Below, piece by piece: positions 48,860-62,486 of a stretch of 64,000 nucleotides of DNA; position 1 is the first letter of the stretch, and each line of letters begins with the position of its first letter. The stretch is from NCBI GenBank assembly GCA_013239625.1, contig MU054400.1, positions 2,205,345 through 2,269,344 of the forward strand, written 5' to 3'. A program made the translations under genes and the position numbers. Source of the stretch: Lama guanicoe (taxonomy: Eukaryota). Below the pieces are notes generated by a model that was not told where the DNA came from, made no database searches, and saw only the letters and a list, made by a program, of their open reading frames with translations.

Positions 48860-49405
48860 TGATCATGCTGAACTTTATCTGAGCTCTGTAATTTTGGAAA
48901 ACAGTGACATTAAGAAATCCCTCCAACTTTCTCTTTTCTGAAATTCCCCACCCTTCTATGTTCTGGGAAATGGTATACCCCAAAGGACCACCCTCTCTAT
49001 GTGACTTAGATAAGACTAACTTTCGACTCTTTCTCATGTCTCCCTTGTTGACCTGTAACTGTGACAAAGCCAAACACAGATCTTCCCTCTTTTGCCTAAA
49101 CCTGCTGACAAGACCAGACACAGACTCTCCAATTCCTTGTTCTTTGTCTTGTGAATGATTAGCTAACATTAGAACTATCTGTCTGCCTGAAACTAGCTAG
49201 ACACAAAGATAAACATTTCCTGTTCAGTGAACTGAGATGTCTCCTGACTGCAAAATCCCACCCATAAATCCCCCTATATGTAACTTGTCTACTTCTCAAC
49301 ACCCCCCTGCCAAGGAACTCTAGCCTTTGGATCTGGGGTACTCTTCTTATTGCAATTAACTGAGTAACATCAATTTTCTTACTTGTTCAGGTTTTGTCTT
49401 TGGCA
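48860..49405 (+). mobile_element. Solo LTR (MER92-like, ERV1)
   Basis: tgaactttatctgagctctg...tatgtgacttagataagact...gtctttggca. Confidence 0.7.
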
Positions 49406-49439
49406 ATAACATCAACCAAAGGGCTGAGGATAAAGAATC

Positions 49440-50090
49440 GGCTTCCTTTCTCTCCAGGCAAGATGGGGGTGGGGTGGTGGTGGTGAGGTTGATGTGATTT
49501 TAAGGCAGCCACATCCTTCTTGGCAAGATCTTACACTTTGGATGTTACCAAGTTGACGCCACTTTCAAAGCAGGTTATCAGCAGACAAGCCACAATTAAC
49601 ATAGGTACAACTGGTCACGTAGCTCATGGGAAATCTATGACTGCAAAAGCTATTTCTGGAGTTCACACTGTCAGCTTCAAAAGTGAACTAGAAAGCAATG
49701 TTACAAACTTGGCTATGTTAATGCTAAGGTTTAGAAACCTGATGACCCAAGTTGTCCTTGGCCAGAATGTTATAGATCCTGTGGAAGTAATACACCCAAT
49801 GAGTTTCCTACGGACATTCCAGGGACCAAAGGAAAGTTCAAATTACTCAGACATGTTTCCATTTTTGATTGTACTGGCCGCGATATTTTGATGGCTACTA
49901 CGGTGAATGGTGCCGCATAATGTTGGATTGAATCTACATTTTACCAGAAATTAGTCATTCCCAATAATGTCTAATTTATACATCAATGCAAGGTTTGAAA
50001 TGACACTGTCTCCTATAACCAGCTTTTGCTATAGCATGCATAACACCGAATCTATTTGAAATAAATTTTTTTTTCTTAAAAAAAATAAGT
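49440..50090 (+). pseudogene. EIF2S3P: Processed pseudogene of EIF2S3 (eIF2-gamma), internally deleted
   Basis: Intronless [40 protein letters not shown], then a frameshifted [42 protein letters not shown]; frameshifts and a TAG; AATAAA at 50060-50065 followed by an A-rich tail. Confidence 0.92.
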
Positions 50091-52777
50091 AAACCTAAGT
50101 AAAAAAAGAAGGAAAAAAGTGATATAAACACACTGTGAGACAGTTGGGTCATAGAGTTATAAGGAAAAGAAGGTGTAGTTGTCTCAAGTCAGATACTATG
50201 GCTAGTTAAACCTGTCTCTCCTCAACCGGATTATTAAGCCATCGCCAATTCAGCTTCAGGGGAGAGAAACAGTGAAGGAATTCATTGATTGATTTCTGAA
50301 TTGACCTGAATGAAATCTATTGATTTCTTCAGTGCCAGATAATCAGGGGGAAATTAAAGATTGAGAGAGGAACAAAAGCAGCCCCTGACGAAAGCTGGCT
50401 GGGCACTCCCAGCTATGCCATGTTACTCTCCCGTTGAATGTAATCTCAGACAAGGTTACTCAGGGACCTTAATGAAGTGAGGCAAAATAAGGCCACTTGA
50501 TAACTCTGTCTAGGCCTCTGTGCCACACACACAGTACATCCTGCTATCTTGGCTAAAATGAGTGACTGCTGCTTTTTTACCAATTTCAGCTCCCTTGCTC
50601 CAGCCTGCCCTCCTAGCAGGTAAGATTTATTGAGACAACCAAAGGTAGAATTGCCCCTGTTTTCCGACAGCATCCAATCCAGAGAGAATCTACTTCCTTA
50701 GACCCTCCTTCAAGTCATCCTCTTACTGAGACACCCTATGCTGCAGCAAGTAATTAACCCAACCTGTTTACCTGGAGAACACTGACATGGTACACGGCTA
50801 AGGTTACTTGAGTCCATAGATGGAGGCAGTCCTGAAGAATTAATGAAATATGTTAAATTTCTTAAAAAGGCAAAATGGTTTTTTGAGCCTGTCACAAAAT
50901 ATAAGCTATTAAAGGAAACTGAGTCACCAAGGAGTCAGAACTAGTGTTTAATCTCTGCTAGGGAGCTGGTTTAGCGACAGAAATAAAGGACTTCCCTGAA
51001 TGAAGGGCTATGATCGGGGGCTCCAGGGGCTAGGCACATTTTCATTGATCGCCTTTAGGAGATCAGCATGCAGAATAAATCAACACAACCAAAAACCTTT
51101 CTAGATCCTCTTTCTACATTCTTATCTTCTGGAACTTCAGGAGCTGGCTCCAAGTTCATTATGTTCCCCAGTCTACCCCGAAATTCAACAAGAGAGGTTA
51201 TCTCTGTGCAAAGCCCATACAACTAAGAATACTAGAATTAAAACATTTGCAATCCCTAATGAAATAATAGGGATGCTCCTGGAAGAGGAGCATCAATGGC
51301 TGTTAAAACCATCAGGTGAAATGTTATTTAACTTAAATTCTTAGACTATATCAGGCATAAAAACTATAAAACCCATGCATGGCGATGAAAACTTACCATT
51401 TCCCAATATTCATCCACACTCCCTGAATAGTTTAGCTGGTACCCAATGCCCAGAATAGAGACTACTTTCCTGGCCACCCAGGCAGTTAGTTATGGTCATG
51501 TGACCAAGTTCTAGTCAGTGAAATGAAAGCAAAAACGCACGTGGTAGCTGCTAGACCCTTCCTGTCAACCTTGCATGCTTCACTTCATTTCTTCTTCAAC
51601 CTTGCTGCCTAGATTAGAACACAGACATCTTGGGTGATGAGTTCAGGCTATGCTTAGTGGCACAAGAGAAAAGACAGCTGGGTTTTGGACATCAAGAGCA
51701 CCATACAGCCTGGAACTGCCTTCCCTGTGCTTTACACGATGGAGAAGTAAATGAGGAAAGCAGGAAGCCCAGAACTGGCTGAGGCTGGGAGAGGTAGAGG
51801 AGAGAATGGGAGAGGGAGAGGTAGGAAGAGAGGGAAGAGGGAAAAGAGAGGAAGGAGGAGAAAGGGCACAGGGGTGGGCAAGAGAGGGAGAGGAGCAGGA
51901 AGGGCGGCAGGAAGAGGGGTCGGGTGAGGCCTGAGGTCTGGGTAATCATTTGACTTTTGCTTCCTGGAGCCTTATAAAAGCGGGTTAAATTGGAAACCAT
52001 TAGCTATGATACTTTCTACAAATTACAGAAAACTAATTCAAAATGATGGCAATCATAATGTGATGTGCTCATTAGCTCAGGAACGAAGGTTGTAGGTAAG
52101 ATGGGCTCTGGCCCCACACAATGGCTACTACAGCTTCAGGTATCGTGTTTAGACAGAGCATTGCTCAGAGTAAGAAGATGGACCTTCTCCTCTGTCCCTT
52201 TAAAAGTGAAGAAACCTTTTCCCATAAGCCTCCCTGCATACTTCCCTTCCACTGCCACTGGCCAAAACTAGATTATATATTCATTACTAAAGCAATCACA
52301 GGCAGAGAATGGGATGATTACAAGTAAGAAACCATTCAAATTCACTCAGGTCTACCTCTGGACCTGGGGACAAGATCACCTTCCCCTGAGTCACACAGGG
52401 GAGGGATAGACACAGCACCACTACTTCTGGTGGCGCAAGCTGTGCACTACAAGACTCCAGGGGTCCCCATTCACATTTCCAGTCATTGTAACATGTAAAG
52501 TTATTACAAAAACTTTCCAGCAGATGGCAGTAAGGACTTGGAGAAAGGACAGCTTTTTCTGATTCACACAAATTCATAGGTAGTTAACTAACAAAAATCA
52601 AAATTATGCTAGAAGGAAGGTCAGGGTACAGGTGGGAAATGAGTGCCTGAGAAGTAATGAAAGTTCTGCAACATAAAGTAATTAATTAAATTCACTGTAA
52701 ACCTTTTAAAATTATACGTGGTAAATTCTATTTTAATGAAAGAATCCATTCCAGGTTTAAGAAAATTTTTAAAAATC

Positions 52778-52783
52778 TTTATT
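52778..52783 (-). terminator. Candidate QNG1 polyadenylation signal AATAAA
   Basis: TTTATT on + strand ~410 nt after the stop in an AT-rich 3'UTR; an ATTAAA variant follows at 52732-52737. Confidence 0.55.
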
Positions 52784-53193
52784 CAATTCCAATATAGTTA
52801 CTCTGAAAAAAAATAGATATTCTAAACTGAAAATCATTATGTACGAAATCCACTGTATTTACCAATAAGAAGTTTTTGAAAATTTGTCAAGACTGATTTT
52901 TATAAAAGCAGCAGCATCCACGTAGCAAAGATCCCATTCTGTCTCTCTTATCAAATAATTAAGGTGCACAGAAAATTACTACACTTTGAAAAAAGATACC
53001 AATTGAATGAATTATCACTGAAGTTTAATCACATTATAAGACATGATTAATTTTAAGAAATCTGAGATTCAAAGAAAACATTAAATTTCCTTCATTATTT
53101 CTGTCATGAACCCTCTTAATATCAAAGCAAAACTGTACATATAACTATGTGATAAAAAATGCAAGTTTTCTTTGGATCAGTTTACACTGCGGG

Positions 53194-53426
53194 TCAATAG
53201 TATATGCAACGCGTGCGATGAAACGGAATTCCTTTCATACCATTCCTGTGGTCTCGGGCATAGTCCCATAAGTAATAATCCAGAAGAATGGAATTGATCT
53301 CGTCACTAGATTTTTCACCCTTTTCTTCAATAAGCTCCAGAAGACAATCACGGATCAGCTCAACACACCAAAGTGAACACCCTCTGATTTCCACCTCTTG
53401 CCTACTCCCATATGAAAGCATTTCTC
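53194..53426 (-). CDS. QNG1: QNG1 coding exon 4 (233 nt to stop)
   Basis: tttccccttgcag|GAGAAATG...[24 protein letters not shown]...RCIYY*. Confidence 0.94.
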
Positions 53427-56400
53427 CTGCAAGGGGAAAAAAAAGAGCAAGAAACACAATAATCTAGATGAACAACAAGGTCCTACTGTATAGTGCAGGG
53501 AACTATATTCAATACCCATCCAGGTAGAGCCATTGGATGAGACGACTGCCCCCGCTGACAGCTTGACTACAACTGAGTCAGAGGCACTCAGTTAACTAGC
53601 ACACAGATTCCTGACCCAAAGAAACTATGAGATAACAAATGTTTGTTGTATTAAGTAATTAAATTTTAGCGTAATTTGTTACACAGCAACAAAAGCTATC
53701 ATGTTGAACTGTGGCCCTTTGCCCACCAAAAATACATCTAAGTCCGAAGTCCTGGTGCCTATGAATGTGGCTTTATTTGTAAATGGAGTCTTTGCAGATG
53801 TAATAAAGTTAAGATGAGGTCACACTGGGTTAGGGTGGGTTTTCAATACCATGACTGTTGTCATTAAACAAAAAGGAGAGGATACAGCGAGACAGAGGAG
53901 ACACACAGGGAAGAAAGTCATGATTGGAGTGATGCAGCTACAAGCTGAGGAAGGCTAAGGGGACTGGAAGCCACCAGAAGCCAGGAAGAGGCAAGGCAGG
54001 ATTCTTCTCAAGATCTTTCAGAGAAAGTATGACCCTGCCGACACCTTGATTTCAGACTTCTAGCCTCCAGAGATGTGAGAGAATAAATGTCTGCTGTTTT
54101 AAGTCATCAAGTTTATGGTAATTAGTTATGTCAGCTTAGGAAACTAATAAAGTAACTAATACAACAACTTATAGTATGGGATAGGACATGGACTTTGAAA
54201 CAGAAAAAGAATGAACCATTTGAGAGGACAAACACAGATTAGAGTCAGGGAAGGCAACATGGCCAACATACTAGGCCTAAAAGTCAGCCATAGAATCACA
54301 CTGAGGAATCTAATGTAGCCAAACTGCATTGTCAGTTTTTATAATTGACTAAAAAAAAAGTAGGTCTTTGGTGAAGAGAAGGGTTAAAAATAAATGCACA
54401 GGAATCTGGGAAGATCTTCCAAGGGCTGCCCTGGAGATATCCAGAGAGAAGAGAAGGAATACATGTGCATTATCCTCAAGTCTGGAAGAAGTACCACTGG
54501 AGGCCAGTTAAGGAAGTTCTACCTCATCCAGTCAAGCCACCTGGTTCTAGATTTCATTTAAAATAGGTTTTAAAAGTCGGTGTCCTTTACTTACGTGTGC
54601 TCCTTTACATTTATAGTTTCTGTTTCTCCTCTTGTTTGCTAGTAAATTACTTTCTAGAAAAAAAAAATTCTAACTTTGCTTAAAAAAAACTAAAGGGCAA
54701 AGGAATTTGTTTCTCTTATGCCAAACTAGCTAAGGACAGCAGAGTATCCTTTCAGAAGCCGGACATGGTGGAGGAAGTAACAGCTGCACCTGGACATCTG
54801 GAAAAGAGCCTCTGGAGGTGAAATGGATGGCAGGAGAAAACTCAGACAACTCTGTACAACAATGCTCGCTGATTCCTTGTCACCAGGGTTTTTCTCACAG
54901 TAGCAGAGACAGCTGAGTGCTATAAAAATTCAGCAGAAGGAGACAGAGAAACCATGGGAAGCCAGGAAAAGCAATGTGGAAGAGGTAGCATTTGAGCTAA
55001 ACCTTTATGGATGTGCAGGACTTGAATTGAAAAAAAGAAAATTTGGATGAGGGAAACCAGGCAAGAGAATGTTTAGAGAAAGGAATAAGCACTGTATACA
55101 CGGGCCAAAACCAGTCCAGCCAAATATGGCTGTATGTAAAAGAAGCCCTGACTGCTAAATGCTGTTGCTTCGAAAGCTATCCCACAATTAATGACCCCGG
55201 GGGTGAGCTTTATGACATAAAACAGCTTTTTATTTTTCAAATGAGGAAATGGGCAAAATGGATTGCCCAAGGCTGCATAAAAACCTGGTAGAAGCAACCA
55301 CAGGAATAATGGTACCTTTATATTCTCTTAGTCTGGGTGATTGAAATCTATTTTACAAGAGAAAACTATTTAATCATAAAAACTACTTCTTTTAAAAACA
55401 AAGAAAAAAGTAGTAAAAATACTGCACCTAAAGAGAGAAATTAACATAAAAATTATACAATATGATTATTTTTCTTATACAAAGAAGTGTTTAAAAAACA
55501 AAAGCTACTTGTCCCACAAACATATTATCGATACTCATGTATTATAGAAAGACACCTACTCTTGAGAATCAATAATCAAATCCAATAATGGTAAATAAAT
55601 AAGCCTAGAAAAGTGAGTGACTTGTGCAAGATAAACCAGTGGCAGACCATGGAGTCCCCGACTCAAAATCCAGTACATATTACTTATCTCTCAATCCTTC
55701 AGTCCACCTTTTATTTCACAGTGTAGTATGCTCTTCAGCTTAATTAACATTCTTTAAATACAAACCTGAACTGTCTTAGTGTTCACACTTTCATGTGACA
55801 TAAATTTACGTTTCAGTTTATTATGAGGCTCTGAAATGATAATGTCCAAATACTGTGATTTCCCACAATATCCATATTCCACAGTGTAAACAACAAAAAG
55901 TAATTTTCTCTATACTTTAATTATCCTTGAATTCTTCTTTATATGTGCTTTTAACAATAATAGTGTTTTCTTTTTCTAAGGAAAGGAGACCTTTTGTGAG
56001 AGAAACTAGACAAAGACTCAACAACAACTCATAATATAACAAAGAATGTCTTAATTAAGCTGGCAAACCTTTGAGAAGCTTCTCCAGTAGTTCATCAGAG
56101 TATTTCAAGGCTCCCAGGTAAACAAGAACCTGAGGCAATCTATAGTCAGCAAACATGGTGATACTGGAGATGTCCTTAAAGCAGCCGTCTCCTTTTCCCT
56201 CTAATACACTCCACGTATCTGCCACGAGGATTTGGGCACGTTTGTAAAAAGAAATTCTTTTCCCCTGATGGGTCAAGAATATAAATGTTACCTGGGTATC
56301 TGAAAGCTTTATGTATGCAGTAAAAAAAAAAAAGGCACACAGAGAAAACATTTCTCAAGGGTAGAATAATCTTAGTCTGTCAGTAAGAATTTACAGACCT

Positions 56401-59400
56401 TTTACAGAAAAAAAGAAGGGAGTCTAATATATATTAAATTATCTCTATCACTTCAAATTTACTTCCGATATTTTTCAAAGCACATAAAATATAATTTGTG
56501 TAGTCATGGTACTCTTTAGTGTTCTTTTTCAATGGTATTACTTCATTACATATTTCTGTGTCACTATAATTCACCTGCTTACTATTTCTAAGGGCTAGAT
56601 AGTATTTCTTAAGAAAGTTCGTTAAATTAAAAAAATACATATTTTTTATGATTGCAACTTAACTCACATTAATTGTATAAAACCTGGAAGAGTATATGGA
56701 AGAAAATAATCATCCCTGAACTCACTTCTGAAGAGAACTACAACATTCATTTTTTTGTTTCCATTTAGCTAATATGATTAACTTATTTCAGAGATAAGGA
56801 CATAATTGATCAAAAGCCAGAATTTATCAAGTCTACCATTTTTGGAAATGGTCCAAGTCAATATGTTAGTCCATATAACAAAATAAATTACCAATTATAT
56901 TTATACATGGAAGAAACACATTTAAGCAGGCATTATAAGATAGTGGGTTATAATTTAACTCAAAAATTCTTGATAAAACTATAAATGCTCATAGTATTGA
57001 ACTGTGGAAAAACACAGAGACAGATAATTATCATCTATTTCTAGTCCTAATACCAATGTTAATAACTTCAAATCATCTTTTATAATTGCTAGTCTGCTAA
57101 ATAGGAATAATCAATATCACCGGCTCCCAAAATACATCCTGACCACCTTGGAAAATATTTTAATACGTAGATAACATAAAGTAAATAAAAAATGAAATTA
57201 AATTCTTTAAGGAAAGGCTCCATATAAAAATTCCTTAAGATAATAACATAAATTCCTTTATTTATTAAAAAAAACTCCAATGATACTCTATCCTAATAAG
57301 AAATAATCTAATATTGCTCACCTTAAGGCCTACCTCTTGCAATCAATCCAGACCTACTTTTACTATGTAAATTAAATTTTCTAAGGCCACCACTAAGAAA
57401 CTTAGTGTCTTGTTATCCAGAGTAAAAACATATGCTGATTTTTTTGAAGTCTGTAAATTTAATTGAGTGTTGGGGGAACAAATCATCAATAAGAAATATC
57501 CCTCTATCATTTGGGAATATAGATTATTCCCAACATGGCAACTGTTCATCTATATAGAGGAACTTAGTCATGGACTTACATATGGTAGGTAGGTTTCTAA
57601 TTCAAGTCTATTTCTTAAACAGCAAGATATAAAACTTAATTTACAAAATAAAACTGTGTATCAAACAAAATCATCATGTTTATTTACTACAATAGAGATT
57701 ACTGTCTCCTATTTTTTAACAAGATTCATAGAGCAAATTGGAAAAATCTAGGAACCAGATTTATATAACAAAATCAGTGCCAGCATCTAACAAAACATAA
57801 ATTGTCACATCATGAGCACTGTTTCCATGGTAGTCAATTAGTATATCACAAAATTAGATTACAATACCTTAAAATGAAAACAAAACCCAAAAAAATTCAA
57901 GTGAACAATCTAAAAATAAATTAAAATCATCTATAAAACATTTCCTTAAGCTGATATGTACTCAAATAATTTTAGTAATCAAATATTCTACACCTCTAAA
58001 ATATTAACTGGTATCCCCAAAATACCAGTAAATCCCAAAATAACAATTCCCTGTATGTTCCATAATATTGCTTTGAAAATAAAATATTTTCAAAATAGTA
58101 CCTTTATAAAATAATTGTCAATGTAAAACCCTATAACCATGAGTTGATTTTCTGCAACAAATTTATCATGAACATATTACAAAGGTCAAGAATTACAAAT
58201 GCTTAAGAGGAACATGAAATGTTATTAACTAAAATGTCAAAAAAGCTCATGCTTTTCATGTATATTTATCAGTATGTCAGAGTAAAGGACACCAGTTTAT
58301 TAATTAGGACTTTTACATAGCTACTGTATGTTCTAAATCAGACTCACTTGAAGAGTATAAAAAAAAAACTGCTCTTTCTCTTTTACCCATAGATCAGAAT
58401 CTTTGAGGGTAGTGCTTTGAAAATGTGTCTGAATTCTAAAGCTTCCCTGATTCTGGGGCACAGCCAGGTTAGGAAATCACTGATTCAAATTTGTCTGAAT
58501 TAAAATTTTCTAATTTCATTAATTTGTTCATAATGTCTAAAAATAAATGATAATCTTAGCAAATACATATAACATTAAAAACAATTGTAACTATTTAAAA
58601 AATACAGCAACTAATAACATGACCATATTAAGAAGCAGCAAGGAAAAAGGCACTCTCATATGCTGCTGGAGCATCTTTGCTATCACCCTCCTGGAGAAGA
58701 GTTACTGTTTTACGTATTACAAGCCTGAAAATCCTGGCCATGCTCTGACTCAGTAATTCCATTACTAGGAATCCATTCTAAGAAAACAATTATGAGTGTT
58801 AAACTATTGTGCAGTATTGCTTATTATCACACAAAACTGAAAAAAAAAGATGTAAAATTCAATTAAAAAATAAAACTGTATCACAATTATTGTGGTAGAA
58901 TAATTTGGGCAAATAATTATGGTATTGTACATCCATACAGTGGAATACTGTGAAGTCAATAAAAATAGTTCTATGGAAAAAAATTGTGCTGTGAAAGAAT
59001 TTTTATTGACACAGATGTTCAAATATGTTAAACTTTCAAATAATTTATGTGGCTTAATTCTCCCCAGCCCACATGTATACACATTCACACACATAGAGAG
59101 ACCAAACTGCGTGAACAGTGGTTACCTCTTGGCAGAATAGAGACTGCTTCTCTGTACTTTTCAAAATCTATAATTAATGTTTTACTTTTGAAATTAAAAA
59201 TTTTTTAAATATGGATAAAAAGATATTTGATTTTAGCACTTTCTAAATTCAAAAGCAACACCAAAAGTTCATTAGAATTCCTTTATACTTGCTATGAATT
59301 AAGCAGAGTGCTTTAATTATTTGTATGTCTTTTAAATTAATATGCAAAGATAACTGTAGATTAATTAATTGAAGGATTAAGTGAGCACCCACTATATGCT

Positions 59401-62400
59401 CAGTGTTATGTTAGGAATCATAGGGATTCCAGAAATACAGTGCTTTTGGATAACACTAATGATAATCTTATGAAAAAAAAGAAAAAAATAATACTCCTTT
59501 AAGAAATTGTTAAAATTTTTAAGTTTGATTTTTGTTACATTTTGGGGATTTTTCTGTAAGAATTATTTTAGAAATGAGTACTGATGGGAAGTGGTTCAGA
59601 TACTAATCTTCATTTTAAAATCTATCAGCCTTAAATTAATCTATATCCTGGTACAACTTTTTTACCGAACTTTTTAGCATACGTAGCAAATTGAAAGAAA
59701 GCACTGTGTCGTAAATTAAACAGAAATTCAGCAAATGCTTCCTAAATCAACATTGTAATTTACCAAAAAAAATACACTCCTTTCTTTCACAAAAACAAAG
59801 ACTCAGGACAATTTTGTAAGTACCCAAACTACAAGGTGTCCTGAATTCATTCCACCCTAAAGTCATGTTAAGTTTCACCTTAACTCTTCTACTACAACCA
59901 TGTCGATTCTGGATACATGGATTCTTAGCCACATGAATGGCAGTTTGATTTCTTTTATATGCTGTTTAATATATTTAAATGGCTTGAATGATGGACCAAG
60001 GAACTTGATCCAACTTTCCTGAAAAACAAGTTTGAAATGACATACTCTGAAAACAAAGATAAATGTCTTTGCAATAGTAAAATGGTAAGTCAGAAGAGAG
60101 TGAAGTTCAACAGTGGCCTACGGTCTCTTTCCTAGAAACTGCCTCTGTCCGCAGCCACACTTAATTGGTCATAATACATGCCAGTTCAAACAGCCTTTGC
60201 CCAGGAATTTTAGAACTGAAAGTGAGAGTTTTTCCCTTTCTCTCCCTGGTGGCTGAAGCAATAAAATGCAACATTCATGGGCCTTTTCTACTTCATGGAG
60301 AAAGCTGGTCTGCAGTAAGAGAAAAATAGAGTCCACAGAATGCAGAGAGACTGAATCCTGATTGCACTGAGTCCCTGATCCTGGATGTTCCTATCCCCAA
60401 TACTCACCCATAATTCTTCTTTTTGCTCAGGATGTTTCTTGTTTTGTGTCTGTCACTTGCAATTAAAAGAATCTTAACATGTATACTCAGGCATCTCTCT
60501 CGCTTCATAGTAGAATTGAAACACTAGCTATTACCTGACTAAATGACCTAAGCTAGACTAGCTAACCTTTCTTTTTTTTAGACTTTGGTTCCTGGTCTGC
60601 AAACAGGACTATATTGCTACTTGTCCTTAGGCCCTACAGAGCTGTTCTGTGGATCAAACAAGAGGGTGTGTGCAAACACCCTGTAAATCATAAAAAGCGA
60701 CTTGAACAATATTATCGGTAATTTTAGTTGCTGTTGAATAGTGATTACAAAAAGATAGCTTTAAAGTTGAGTTGATAGAAGTATTCATTAACTTAGTCAA
60801 TAGATTTATATTACATGATCTCTCTGAAGTTGCTTTCAATTCTATGTCACAGTTCAAATCACACTGTGATAAGATTCCAAAAGAATTATACAAAAACAAA
60901 ATTCAGGTGTATACTGGGACAGTATACAAAATGTTCACCATTTTAAAAATACGTCTATTTAAGTTTTTTTGTACCATAAATGAAATAATACTGTTAAAGT
61001 AGCCTGTGCATGAAGAAGAAAACACATAGTATATATACACTAGAACTCGGCAAGAAATTTTTTTATTAGGGAGAATTTAGTATATATCCTGATTTTCATC
61101 CAATGAAGTACATTATTTTGAAGTATTAAAAGGACCTCATTATCTCTAAGTGACAGCATCATTTTTTTTTAGGTTTGAAATATTTTAAAGGACAAAAAGA
61201 AAAAGACAAAAGAATAAAGGGAATATATTGATTAGAACTCATTAAGAGAAGTAATGTCTTTGAAACACTACTTAAAAATTTTGTTACTGTTCACAAGGAA
61301 CAAATTCCAAAATTAAAATTTTGGGTCTCAAAAGGAGTTCTGGAAGTAAAAGAGTTAACTATGAGAAGATAATTAAGAAATCTAAAATGCCCAACTGAAG
61401 CAACTCACCTCAAACTGAGTTACATCTCTGTAAGAAGGAAAGCTTTCAACTACCAGGTGCATTAACTTCTGTGCACTTTTTTCACTTTTTCTGACACAAT
61501 TAAGAAAAGAGCCTTCAAATTTCTCAAGCAGAATTCTCCCGGTTTCATTGAGAATTCGATGCCTCTCTTCTATCAAAGGCATGGGAACATCTGTGTCAGA
61601 ACGAAGTATATGCCGAACCTGATCAAGGGTTACTGTGGCATAGTAGGAAGCACTAGTTATTGGTATCCCTTAGGGAGAAAAGAAAATGCAGAGGAACGTC
61701 ATACTTTTACATTCATTAGGTCCTCGATTTTACAACATACAATTAATATGAAACCACATGAGTGTTCCAGGAATGCACTGGAAGTGGATGTATAATTAAA
61801 AATCAGAAACAGATCCCTCATTTTCTATTTGCTCGTTTGTATTTGTTCATTCATGTCCAACAATTGTAATACTACAGCAGATGTATTTTGGCTGGGTAGA
61901 GTGTGTTACACAGATGTCATCAAGTAGTGTTCTTCAGAAAACTGACTTTTATACTTAGCTGCGACAATAAATACTAGGACCATTTCCCACTGAATAAAGA
62001 TTTGGTGCCAGCCTCCCGTTAGACTTTTATTTTTAAGCAGAGGTACTGGCCATGAAGAACTTCAGCTTATCGACACATTATTCCATTTCCCAACCCAGTA
62101 AACTGAAACCTTAAAGCTGCTAGGTCTGACCGGAAGAAGGGGCACCAACCTTCGTCCAGGGCTCTGTTGACCGCGGCGCACAGGGACCAGTACCCACTGT
62201 ACGTCTTCCCCCGATATCCCACCAGACTTTTGTGCTCGTCATGCTCCGACCAGAAGGAGAAGTTGAGCGTGTCTATCACGAACACCCAGTTGACCGCGGC
62301 CTCGTCGGCCGCTCTGGGGTTCAGCTCGTGAAGGGCCTTCCAGCCCCCCACGCGCAGCTCGGGCCCCGCGGCCTTGGTGAGCAGCAGTTCGGCCACCCTC

Positions 62401-62486
62401 CGCACGCCCCCGCCGTCAATGAAAACATCCCGACTGTTTTCGGCAATGAATTTTGCGGACTCCCTGGGGGTCAGCAGCCCGTCCAT
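53194..62486 (-). CDS. QNG1: QNG1 (C9orf64) queuosine 5'-phosphate N-glycosylase/hydrolase, complete spliced CDS, 4 exons, 1026 nt, 341 aa
   Basis: 337+260+196+233 nt = 342 codons including [18 protein letters not shown] start, [29 protein letters not shown] (Asp counted as residue 239), [17 protein letters not shown] end. Confidence 0.96.
53520..54162 (+). mobile_element. MaLR LTRs: MLT1B/C-like (~53698-54150) nested in the 3' end of another MLT1
   Basis: gtctttgcagatgtaataaagttaagatgaggtc...ccttgatttcagacttctagcctccag...ggaaactaata, followed by the host tail taactaataca. Confidence 0.8.
56069..56264 (-). CDS. QNG1: QNG1 coding exon 3 (196 nt)
   Basis: ccatcag|GGGAAA...[26 protein letters not shown]...[10 protein letters not shown]. 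Confidence 0.94.
61409..61668 (-). CDS. QNG1: QNG1 coding exon 2 (260 nt)
   Basis: ctccctaag|GGATAC...[22 protein letters not shown]...[11 protein letters not shown]. Confidence 0.94.

Noticed and set aside
49520..49891. 123-aa ORF with a GTPase G1 motif as a functional retrogene
   Set aside because: Non-ATG start; only the first half is in the eIF2-gamma frame; frameshifts and a stop follow.
50134..50787. Possible additional ancient LTR
   Set aside because: TG..CA ends and an LTR-like tail are present, but I could not identify a TSD or family with confidence.
38502..56069. QNG1-KIF27 read-through fusion protein
   Set aside because: No transcript evidence; splicing QNG1 exon 3 to KIF27 exon 2 runs into the uORF stop after 15 codons.
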